Below, one piece after another: positions 1 through 9,033 of a stretch of DNA of 42,270 nt. The notes beneath the pieces are model-generated. The model made no database searches. It worked only from the letters and a program-made list of their open reading frames with translations, and was not told the origin of the DNA. The first letter of the stretch is position 1; the number at the start of each line of letters is the position of its first letter. The stretch lies in the sequence record SRR31156797_1918. One strand, given 5' to 3'. Both the position numbers and the translations under genes were made by a program.

Positions 1-525
1 GGACCACAAGGCCCTCAAGGTGAAAAAGGTAATACCGGAGATACAGGGGCGCAGGGTCCACAGGGGCCTGCCGGGTCAGGTGTATTATCGCTAATCGACG
101 CCAACAACGCTACCATTGGTAAAGTTATTAGTGCAAGTGACCGTGGTGTGACAGTTTTAACATCGAACAACTATATCGTTTCATTCTCTTGGAATAATGA
201 TAACAGCACAAATGCGGCCCAATCATACTGGACAGGGGCTGATTGTGCTGGGACAGCATATCGGAATGATGGTGGTAGTAGTGGAAGAATTATTTATGGG
301 AAATCCGCATACTGGTCAAATGAAGCAAACTCGTATATGGTGCCCGAAGTTATTGCCGCCAATGGAACCAGTGTTTCTGTAACGTTTACTGCCGAATCGA
401 TAGAAAACTCATCATCTTGCTCCAATTTCTCCAGCGCAACTCAAAGTGGTTGGAAACTCAAATCAATCTCCAGGAACGATCTTGGAATTCCGGACTCCGT
501 CGTGCTTCCATTCGAATTCCAGTAA
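1..525 (+). CDS. Collagen triple-helix repeat protein, 5'-truncated by window edge
   Basis: Frame 1 is open from base 1: GPQGPQGEKGNTGDTGAQGPQGPAGSG (Gly-X-Y), continuing in frame into the 148..525 ORF (Ser/Asn-rich domain with two Cys). Confidence 0.85.
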   Translation, partial: GPQGPQGEKGNTGDTGAQGPQGPAGSGVLSLIDANNATIGKVISASDRGVTVLTSNNYIVSFSWNNDNSTNAAQSYWTGADCAGTAYRNDGGSSGRIIYGKSAYWSNEANSYMVPEVIAANGTSVSVTFTAESIENSSSCSNFSSATQSGWKLKSISRNDLGIPDSVVLPFEFQ

Positions 526-946
526 ACCTGATAAGGGCCAAGGTCTCTGCTGTACCATTTGACTGGTACCGAAGTTCAATCCTCTACGATGGTCCTGCTT
601 CCATTAGGCTGTTGAATGGCAGAATTTTGGTCGATATTACTTTCGAATCTGCCATAGAGATATAGGTTAAGATTGCCCAGGGTAAGCACCTTGACGAGTA
701 GCCTGGCTCCAACTTGGGGTGCTTCCTGTTCAGAGCAGACTGTGGAGGACAATTAGAAAACACGTATCTATGAGGGTCAACCCGTGAATGTGCAGGTGCA
801 AGTCTAAATAACAATTTTGTCCGAGCCATTAAGCTGTCCTAATACGTTACAAGCTACCGCAATCAATTATTTTAAACTCTATCCTTCGGTCAATTGCGTC
901 TCTGAAGTCGCTAGTTCCTGTTCCTATAATATTTTCTGTAAAACCT

Positions 947-1189
947 TTACCAGATGTATCTATTTTTAACATTTTTGATAAGAGACTCTTGGTCATTATT
1001 TACAAAGGCAATGCCAAAATTCTCTAAAAACTCCTTCCGAATAGATATAACAGCCACCTTTCTGGATAACAATAAATCCTCAGCAAGGTAAACACACCCA
1101 ATCCCGCCTTCACCGATTTTCTCAACTAGCTGGTATCGATCCTGGGTGATATCTTTTATTGACAACGCTTTGGGCTTACTTTTTGGCAC
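947..1189 (-). pseudogene. N-terminal fragment of a Hanks-type Ser/Thr protein kinase
   Basis: RYQLVEKIGEGGIGCVYLAEDLLLSRKVAVI = subdomains I-II; invariant VAVK Lys reads Ile (ATA); similarity ends after about 55 aa; no HRD/DFG motifs seen. Confidence 0.75.
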
Positions 1190-1399
1190 AAAAATAACGA
1201 ATAATTTAGATAAACTACAAAAAGCGAATTACCTTGGGAAAAAACCCACCCTTCAAAAAAACACAAAGCATCGATATAAAAAGAAAAAACCAAAAATAAT
1301 TCAGGCGAAAACTAGTAATTCACCCCTTCAACTTTGCTAGAGACTCGTTAGTTTCAAAGTTATAAAATAAGGAAGATAGTGTTTTTATATATTTGTTAT

Positions 1400-1429
1400 T
1401 TGATCAAGAGGGTGCGGTGCGTTTATAAT
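1400..1429 (+). promoter_or_regulatory. Candidate sigma70 promoter for the carbamoyltransferase gene
   Basis: TTGATC (1400-1405), 18 nt, TATAAT (1424-1429), 60 nt upstream of ATG 1490. Confidence 0.5.
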
Positions 1430-1489
1430 AACTCTTATGCTTTCCTCGATGTACGGGGATAACCTCAATAATTATTCAAAAAGGTTGTA

Positions 1490-4400
1490 ATGTCGAAATA
1501 CCATTTGGGACTGAACCTGGGGCACGACCGTGCTGCGGCTTTGGTCCGAGACGGAAAGATCGTCGTCGCCATCCACCAAGAGCGTCTGGATCGGCAGAAG
1601 CACAGCATTGGCTTTTTGCATCAAAACTTTCACGATCCTGCTCAAATTCAGCTGCCTCATGAAGCGATCCAGTACTGTCTGAAAAGTTGCGGCATTCAAC
1701 TCGCAGATGTCTCCACCATCAGCGCCAATATGCCCGGTGCTGACCAAAGCTCACAAATTCTTCACCGCAGTTTACCACCGGATTTCAAGGGAAGAATCTT
1801 AGCTCCCCCAAGCCATCACCGTATGCACGCCTATTCTGCCTACTGGCCGTCGGGCTTTGACGAAGCATTGGTCTTTGTCGTTGATGCCTCCGGCAGCAGC
1901 CATGATGGACTGACTGAATCGTACACCTTATACACTGCCTCCGGCGAAACAATTACTACCCTTTATGAGGAACGGGTACCTTCTCATCTGGCTCCCCTGT
2001 CCACTCTAGGTTTCCTCTACGAGTATGTCAGCAGCAAGGCTGGTTTTGTGACCCAAGTAGGTTCATCCATACGTGTTCCCGAGGCCGGTAAGCTGATGGG
2101 CCTTGCTGCCTACGGCAGTCTTCAAGACCAATGGCAAAGTTGGATCCGAACTTGTACCGATAGCTACCGCGTGGATATTTCGGCCTACGACATCTTTCTG
2201 GAGATTGCAGCCCTGGAGAAGCGTTATGACGACGGTCGGGGGAAACCCTACCTGCGACCATATCTCGTTGATTTAGCTTGCAAGGTACAGCACGAGCTTG
2301 AACAGGCCCTGCTGCACATCGTTGGCCGGGCTGTGAAGGAGACCGGATTACGTAAGGTCTGCCTCGCCGGTGGTGTCACCCTTAATTCGGTCGCCAATTA
2401 CAAGCTGTTGCACGAACTTAACCTGGAGGATATTTTCATTTTTCCAGCAGCAGGGGATGCCGGTATCGCTGCCGGTTGTGCTCTCTGGGCCTATGCAGAA
2501 CATGAGAGGGGCACGCTGCGTAAGCCCATGCGACATGCGGCTTTGGGGCACGCCTGGGACGACGAGTCCATCGTAGGTTCACTCGAACACTTCGCAGATC
2601 GCATTCAGGTTGAGCGTCTCACCGATGACCAGGTGGTAGAGCAGACCGCACAGGCACTAGCCAAGGGGCATATTGCCGCACGATTTGAGGGCGGCTCTGA
2701 ATTCGGGCCCCGCGCTCTTGGTTCCCGCTCAATCCTTGCCGACCCTACGTTCAAACACATCAAGGACATTCTCAACGCTCGGGTTAAATTTCGTGAGCCC
2801 TTCCGTCCGTTTGCCCCTGTTATTCCCGAAGAGGATATTACTGAAGTTTTCGAACAGGAGGTTCCATCACCTTTCATGCTGGTGGTGTCACAGATTAAGC
2901 CTGAATACCACGAACAGATACCAGCTGTAACCCATTACGACGGCTCGGGTCGAGTGCAGACTGTGACGGCGAGGGACAATCCTTTTTTTCATCGCCTCTG
3001 CCGAAAGATGGCCATTTTACGCGATGGGCCTCCGGTCATACTTAACACGAGTTTCAATATCGCTGGACAGCCAATTGTGGAAACCCCAGCGGAGGCCATC
3101 GAGACCTTCCTCAGCACCAACATCGACTATCTTTTCCTCGAGAATTATCGCATATCCAAGCGTGATGTTCCTGTGCTCGATTACGAACATCACTTGGCAG
3201 AGGTGGGCGATTGCACCCTGCCATATGGTTTGCCAAGCGGCCAAAAGCCGATTACAGAATTGATGTACCAACTGGATCGAGCTTTGTTCTTCAACGAAAC
3301 GGATAACTGCCCCTGGACGATGGAAGAGCTGCGGCTCCTGTCACAAGAAGGTGCTGTCTTCAAGGAGACAAGCAAAGAATTTCCGAACACCCCCTTTGAC
3401 AACCTCCTGCAAACTCAGCTATCACAATCTGTTGCGCTCTTACTAGATCCTATAAACGGATCACAGCTGGTCGATACAAGCGATAAGGCCAAAGCAGTAC
3501 GTCTTCCCTGGCCTGACGTGGGCTTGCTGAAAGCATTGCTCAATGGAGATCGTCTTCTGCTGGAACGTCTGCGTCTGGATCGCCAGTGCACGACCCTGTC
3601 ATGGGCCATGCAAATCGCTGCCATGACCGAGCGATTGCGTCTTTACCGATTAGAACTGGCAGACGTTGGTGCGAGCCAGGCCTATCTACCAGAAAAAGAC
3701 AGTGCCCTTCCGGAGCGTGTCAAGCTAACCCTCGAACCTTTCGAAGACGAAAACTTTCTACTTTGCTCCACCTTGGCCTTGCTGCGAAAGGTACTTGATG
3801 AGACAGAATACAACGAGACCACCATCTGCACGTTACTCGGAGTGGAATCCCTCCAGGCCATCGAGCCCACTCACTTACATTATTACGACCGTTTCCTGCT
3901 GCCAAATACACCACTCGCAAACCTCGTTCGCCTGTTCCTGCTGAGGGTTGCTCTGTCAGAGACAAAACTCCGCGACCTGTTCGGGGACAAAATGTTCGAG
4001 ACCCTTTCGAGTCTTGACGTGTTCTACCCTTCCAGTGAACTCTGGGCTTCTCGTATCGCTCTCTACAGTGTCGAAGGACTCTACCTGGCTACCGATCATC
4101 GCTATATGCTAGATGAAAAGATCCGATTACCGGAAGCTCCAGTAATGTACATCGGCCAGGATAGTCGAGGCCTAGTGCATGCGGCGCCGCGCAAGCCCTG
4201 CGCCAAACTACTTGATCTCTGTACCGGTTCAGGGATACAAGCTCTCTCTGGCAGCCGCTATGCCACTAACGCAGTTGGGGTGGACTTGAACCCGCGAGCC
4301 GTTCGTTTCGCTCGCTTCAACGCACAACTCAACGGTATTACCAATGTGCGCTTCCTGCAGGATGATCTTTATAATAGCTTCCAGGATGAAACGTTTGATA

Positions 4401-5323
4401 TCATCCTTGCCAATCCGCCCTTTGTACCCAGCCCCTACAGCAACTTGCGCTACCGCGATGGCGGTAACACTGGAGAAGCGATACTCGCGCGGGTCATTAG
4501 CGAAGCTAACCCGTATATGAGTCCCGGCGGTCAGCTGCACATCGTCACCGACCTTGTGAATATCGACGAGTATACGACCAAGCTGCAACACTGGTGGCAA
4601 GGTGAACCTACGCACCAACTGGTGCTTGGCACCGCTGACCGCGATGAAATTCTGTTTTCTGTGCCCCATAGTCACTCCCCTTTCGATCAGAGCGTTGAGG
4701 CTTACAAGACTGAGCTGGATAAATGGGTACACAATTACCGCGAAGCGGGAATCAAGGCCGTAAATTTTGGGTACATCTTCATCAATAAATTGACGAGTAA
4801 GGACGAGAGCACCTACTTCAACCGGGTGATCCATAACCCGTCAAGTCCCATCCATCACGAGGTGGCGAACTATTTTGTACAACGGCGGCTGCTTGCTGAG
4901 TTCAATACGGATAATCCCCCAAAGCTTTCCCTGCAGCTCAAGCCTGGTCTCAGGTTTCGGGTTGAGTTCGATGCAGCCGGCGGAGACCAGCAGGTAGAGC
5001 TATACGTTCCCAACAACCCCTATTTCACGACTTACGTGGTGAACAATGCGGTGTACCAGGAATTACAGTTCATCAATCGCCACCAGCCAAGCCTGGACGT
5101 GTTCCTGAACGAAACCCAGCAAACTCGGATCATAGACCTTGTCCTTAAAGGGGTATTGGAGCTGACGGAGCAAAGGGTGAATGCCTCGACAGAGGAAAGG
5201 GTTACGCTCACAGGCCACAGAGCCAACCCCGTTAACCAGCTCAATGGAGAAAGGGAGCCACTGGACATCAAAGAGCTGGAAACGAAAACTACGCCGACCT
5301 GCTTATCTTCATATTTATCTTAA
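1490..5323 (+). CDS. NodU/CmcH/TobZ-family O-carbamoyltransferase fused to a class I SAM-dependent (HemK/PrmC-like) methyltransferase
   Basis: Kae1-like motifs GHDRAAAL, SHHRMHAYSA, GKLMGLAAYG, AGGVTLN, GDAG; YrdC-like motifs EFGPRALGSRSILADP, KFREPFRPFAP, THYDGSGRVQTV, LNTSFN; then LLDLCTGSGIQAL, VDLNPRAV, ILANPPFVP. Confidence 0.92.
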   Translation: MSKYHLGLNLGHDRAAALVRDGKIVVAIHQERLDRQKHSIGFLHQNFHDPAQIQLPHEAIQYCLKSCGIQLADVSTISANMPGADQSSQILHRSLPPDFKGRILAPPSHHRMHAYSAYWPSGFDEALVFVVDASGSSHDGLTESYTLYTASGETITTLYEERVPSHLAPLSTLGFLYEYVSSKAGFVTQVGSSIRVPEAGKLMGLAAYGSLQDQWQSWIRTCTDSYRVDISAYDIFLEIAALEKRYDDGRGKPYLRPYLVDLACKVQHELEQALLHIVGRAVKETGLRKVCLAGGVTLNSVANYKLLHELNLEDIFIFPAAGDAGIAAGCALWAYAEHERGTLRKPMRHAALGHAWDDESIVGSLEHFADRIQVERLTDDQVVEQTAQALAKGHIAARFEGGSEFGPRALGSRSILADPTFKHIKDILNARVKFREPFRPFAPVIPEEDITEVFEQEVPSPFMLVVSQIKPEYHEQIPAVTHYDGSGRVQTVTARDNPFFHRLCRKMAILRDGPPVILNTSFNIAGQPIVETPAEAIETFLSTNIDYLFLENYRISKRDVPVLDYEHHLAEVGDCTLPYGLPSGQKPITELMYQLDRALFFNETDNCPWTMEELRLLSQEGAVFKETSKEFPNTPFDNLLQTQLSQSVALLLDPINGSQLVDTSDKAKAVRLPWPDVGLLKALLNGDRLLLERLRLDRQCTTLSWAMQIAAMTERLRLYRLELADVGASQAYLPEKDSALPERVKLTLEPFEDENFLLCSTLALLRKVLDETEYNETTICTLLGVESLQAIEPTHLHYYDRFLLPNTPLANLVRLFLLRVALSETKLRDLFGDKMFETLSSLDVFYPSSELWASRIALYSVEGLYLATDHRYMLDEKIRLPEAPVMYIGQDSRGLVHAAPRKPCAKLLDLCTGSGIQALSGSRYATNAVGVDLNPRAVRFARFNAQLNGITNVRFLQDDLYNSFQDETFDIILANPPFVPSPYSNLRYRDGGNTGEAILARVISEANPYMSPGGQLHIVTDLVNIDEYTTKLQHWWQGEPTHQLVLGTADRDEILFSVPHSHSPFDQSVEAYKTELDKWVHNYREAGIKAVNFGYIFINKLTSKDESTYFNRVIHNPSSPIHHEVANYFVQRRLLAEFNTDNPPKLSLQLKPGLRFRVEFDAAGGDQQVELYVPNNPYFTTYVVNNAVYQELQFINRHQPSLDVFLNETQQTRIIDLVLKGVLELTEQRVNASTEERVTLTGHRANPVNQLNGEREPLDIKELETKTTPTCLSSYLS

Positions 5324-5433
5324 TTCCGTCTTTTGGGGGCGACAAAAACAGGATAGATTGGGCTTTCGCTGGTTATGGAGCTATACTCTCGACAAATACA
5401 TCGTCGAGGTTTTAGACAACAACATCTATTGAG

Positions 5434-8022
5434 ATGTACACTATGAATTTACAGAAAACAGCAATAATTCTTATCGGCTATCAAAATGACTACTTTGCCG
5501 AGGATGGAATACTCCGAGCGGTGATTGAGGAACCAGGCCATGCCTCGGCCGTCCTGTCGAACACTATAGCACTGATCAAACGACTCCAGCTTACACCTGT
5601 GCACTTGATCTCAACGCCGATTATTTTCACACCAAAGTACACCGAGCTTGTCGACCCGGTAGGCATCCTTAAGACGATCCGTGATTGTGGAGCATTTAAA
5701 ACAGGGACCAAAGGGGCAAAAACCGTCCCTGAATTTTTAGAGTTCAAAGACCGGATTATGGAACTCCCTGGAAAATCGGGACTCAATGCCTTTTCAAACA
5801 CCCATCTAAACGATGTGCTGCAGGAAAGGGGGGTGACCGATGTCGTCTTGGCCGGAGTAGTTTCATCGATCTGCATCGATTCCACAGGACGATCGGCTTT
5901 TGAGCAAGGGTATAGGGTCCATATCCTCAGCGACTGCACAGCCGGTCGTACCGCAGTCGAGCAATCATTTTTTTGCGAAAAAATATTTCCACTTTACGCT
6001 AAGGTGATCGAGCCCCCGACTCTTTTTGCAGGTACCCAGGAGACATCAAGCTCAACCAATCATGAGCGTCACCTGGATCAATCTGAACTCGATCTCCAGG
6101 CGCGATACTGCCTCATTGAAGATCTCTCGCATTCAAAGCAACGTTATCAAGCCCTGATCGAACGTATGCACGACATTGTTTTCCAGGCTGATGACTCACT
6201 CCGCTTCACATTTCTTAACCCCGCCTGGACTTCTGTAACCGGCTTCTCAATAGCCGAAGCCATGGGCAGTTCTATGGCTGGGTTCGTTGCCGAGCCTAGC
6301 CAGGAAGCCTGGAAGAAATTTACAGGGGAACTGAAAAACGGTGCACAGCAGTATCTTCTTCCGGAACTGTGCCTGTGCCACGCTGACGACGGGTATCGTT
6401 GGGTGACGCTTTTCTTAGAAAAGGGCGATCCGGAAAGCTGGTGGACAGGCTCGATACACGACATCACTGATAGCAAGCGAGCGGAGGATGCACTCCGAGA
6501 AAGTGAGGAACGCTTTCGGACAATCTTCGAAACAGCCCAGGACTCCATCTTTATCAAAGATTGCGCCCTTAAGTACACCCACGTCAACCCGGCCATGGAG
6601 ACCAATTTTGGATTTTCGTCCTCTAAGCTGATCGGCCTGACAGATGATAATCTCTTCAATGAAAAAACAGGAGCACATCTCAGAGATATAGATTCTCGTG
6701 TTCTTAAGGGGGAAATCATTGAGGAGGAGCTCACTATATCATTGAATAAGGTCCTGCACAGGTTTGACATCATAAAGGTGCCGATGAAGGATAGCTCTGG
6801 TGAAATCAGTGGACTGTGTGGTATCGCTCGTAACATTTCCGAGCGGAAGAAGGCGGAAGAAGAGCTGCACAAAATGCAGAAACTAAAAAGTATTGGTACG
6901 CTGGCTGGCGGTATCGCGCATGATTTTAATAATATTCTGACCGGGCTGTTTTTCAATATCTCATTGGTAAAAAGCGAACTTTCCCAAGACCACCCTGGTT
7001 TCAGCGACCTTGAAAGCGCTGAAAAATCCATGAAAAGGGCATCTCGGCTTACCAGCCAGTTGTTGACTTTCGCAAAGGGTGGAGAACCCGTCATGGAAGA
7101 TGTCAGCCTTGGTAAACTTGTTGAAGAAGTAGTACGCTTTGACCTTTCAGGCAGCAACGTAATGCCCATTTTTAAGCAGGATGACGACCTTTGGATAGCC
7201 AAAGTGGATAACGGCCAGATACAGCAGGTCATCTCAAACCTTACCACAAATGCCAACCAGGCAATGCCCGCTGGCGGCCGCCTGTATATTGCATTGGAGA
7301 ATGCAAATATCCAAGAGAATGCGATATCAGGCCTAGATAAACGGAAATATATCAAGCTCACAGTGCGGGATGAAGGAACAGGTATCGAGCAGAAGAATCT
7401 TGACCGGATTTTCGACCCATATTTCAGCACCAAGCATACAGGCAGCGGCTTGGGCCTGGCTACAGTCTACTCAATCATAACTAAACACGGTGGCCATATA
7501 AGCGTTGATTCGGAATTAAATAAAGGAGCAACCTTTACGCTCTACCTACCCGTTTCAGCATCAAAGCATCCACCGGAAACTGAGCCTCTAGCCCTTGGGC
7601 TTTCGACAATAAAGCGAACTGCCAGAATTCTTGTAATGGATGATGACAAAATGATCAGAGTGGCAGCCTCGAAGATGCTCAAACTAATGGGACATTCGGT
7701 TGAAACAGCCATTGAAGGCAGACAGGCGATTGAAATGTATAAACAGTCATTTGATATCGGTGCGCCTTTTGATGCTGTCATTATGGACCTTACAATCCCA
7801 GGCGGTGTTGGTGGGAAGGAAGCGATCAGAAGCATCCTCGATATTGATCCGGAAGCCAGGGTCATTGTTTCCAGTGGATACGCCAATGATCCAGTCATGG
7901 CCAACTATACTGAATACGGCTTCAAAGATATCGTTGCAAAGCCATACAGCATGAGTCATTTTTGGGACGTGTTGAATCGAGTTTTGAAAACAAATGGGTA
8001 TTCAGACAATCGCCAGCAATAA
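5434..8022 (+). CDS. Hybrid sensor kinase: isochorismatase-like domain, PAS, PAS, HisKA, HATPase, REC (start may be ATG 5443)
   Basis: N-term IILIGYQNDYF, GKSGLNAF, LAGVVSSICIDSTGRSAFEQGY, LSDCTA; PAC ends HDITDSK and RNISERK; H-box AGGIAHDFNNIL; DEGTGI, FDPYFSTK, GSGLGL; receiver VMDDD, IMDLTIPG, KPY. No TM helix seen. Confidence 0.92.
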   Translation: MYTMNLQKTAIILIGYQNDYFAEDGILRAVIEEPGHASAVLSNTIALIKRLQLTPVHLISTPIIFTPKYTELVDPVGILKTIRDCGAFKTGTKGAKTVPEFLEFKDRIMELPGKSGLNAFSNTHLNDVLQERGVTDVVLAGVVSSICIDSTGRSAFEQGYRVHILSDCTAGRTAVEQSFFCEKIFPLYAKVIEPPTLFAGTQETSSSTNHERHLDQSELDLQARYCLIEDLSHSKQRYQALIERMHDIVFQADDSLRFTFLNPAWTSVTGFSIAEAMGSSMAGFVAEPSQEAWKKFTGELKNGAQQYLLPELCLCHADDGYRWVTLFLEKGDPESWWTGSIHDITDSKRAEDALRESEERFRTIFETAQDSIFIKDCALKYTHVNPAMETNFGFSSSKLIGLTDDNLFNEKTGAHLRDIDSRVLKGEIIEEELTISLNKVLHRFDIIKVPMKDSSGEISGLCGIARNISERKKAEEELHKMQKLKSIGTLAGGIAHDFNNILTGLFFNISLVKSELSQDHPGFSDLESAEKSMKRASRLTSQLLTFAKGGEPVMEDVSLGKLVEEVVRFDLSGSNVMPIFKQDDDLWIAKVDNGQIQQVISNLTTNANQAMPAGGRLYIALENANIQENAISGLDKRKYIKLTVRDEGTGIEQKNLDRIFDPYFSTKHTGSGLGLATVYSIITKHGGHISVDSELNKGATFTLYLPVSASKHPPETEPLALGLSTIKRTARILVMDDDKMIRVAASKMLKLMGHSVETAIEGRQAIEMYKQSFDIGAPFDAVIMDLTIPGGVGGKEAIRSILDIDPEARVIVSSGYANDPVMANYTEYGFKDIVAKPYSMSHFWDVLNRVLKTNGYSDNRQQ

Positions 8023-8370
8023 GATAACACGGCTTTTTAAAGCTGACGTTTCTGCAAGCCAACTGTTCAACTGATCTTGCCTCAATAGAGTAGGCAATCG
8101 GTTAAGTGACTTTTCTCAGTCCCCGCCATTCTTGTCAATGCCAATACACAGCAAGAGGCATTGCCCCCATTCGCTGCATGCTTCCTCCATAGGTTAGAGT
8201 ACACTTCTATAAAATTGGAAAGAGCATGCAGCTTCCTCTACCTTCACAGCTCACATAATGGGTACGCTGATGAAAATAACAAATAGCTTGAAATTGTTTT
8301 TTATTTTTATTTATGTATACGAATAAATACAGAGAGAGCAAGAACGCTTCAAAATCAGGAGTATACGTCG

Positions 8371-9033
8371 ATGGCACCAACCAGAGCGAGTACCCCCTTG
8401 TGGCTGATTCTGTTTATCACGCTGTTCGTCTGTCTGGCAGCATTCTTTTTATACCAGACGTTTGCTGCCCCTCCTGCCCCCAAGTCCGCACAAACACTCA
8501 AACCTGAGTGGTATACCCTTTCCACTGCCCGTGGTGAGATACGAAAAAATAACACCATTGTCGGCAACTGTTTTATCTGCCATGCCTTTTGGGTGCCGAT
8601 CCCCACCAGCAATCTAAACTCCGCACCCCGTTTTGCCCACTCTCATATCACACTTAACCACGGTACCAATGACCGCTGTTACAACTGCCATCACCTAACC
8701 GATCGCAACAAGTATACGGCAGATGATGGTTCCGGCATTATGCCGCAAATCTCAGAACAACTCTGTAAACGATGCCATGGGCTCATTTACAAAGATTGGG
8801 CCATGGGTACCCACGGGAAGTGGACAGGGAAGTGGGACTCTGCGCAATTCACAGACCAGGAGACATTCACCTGTGTTGAGTGCCATGATCCCCATGATCC
8901 TCAATTTAAGTACGCCATCATTGCTCCACCTCCTGTTTGGCAGGATAAATTCATTCGAAGTGAGAGCGAAGGAAGCCATTCAGGGCCACACTCAAGTTTT
9001 CTTATCGGTGAAGAACCAAAGGAGATCTTCTGA
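8371..9033 (+). CDS. Membrane-anchored tetraheme c-type cytochrome
   Basis: N-terminal hydrophobic helix; CFICH, CYNCH, CKRCH, CVECH; stop overlaps next start (TGATG). Confidence 0.88.
   Translation: MAPTRASTPLWLILFITLFVCLAAFFLYQTFAAPPAPKSAQTLKPEWYTLSTARGEIRKNNTIVGNCFICHAFWVPIPTSNLNSAPRFAHSHITLNHGTNDRCYNCHHLTDRNKYTADDGSGIMPQISEQLCKRCHGLIYKDWAMGTHGKWTGKWDSAQFTDQETFTCVECHDPHDPQFKYAIIAPPPVWQDKFIRSESEGSHSGPHSSFLIGEEPKEIF

Noticed and set aside
526-946. ORFs 417..665 and 584..829 as continuation of the kinase
   Set aside because: No kinase or other motifs found in the frames read.
6147-7433. 428-aa minus-strand ORF and other long antisense ORFs (4229..4834, 11375..12556, 25722..26204, 30314..30802)
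   Set aside because: Shadows of well-supported genes on the opposite strand; no motifs of their own.
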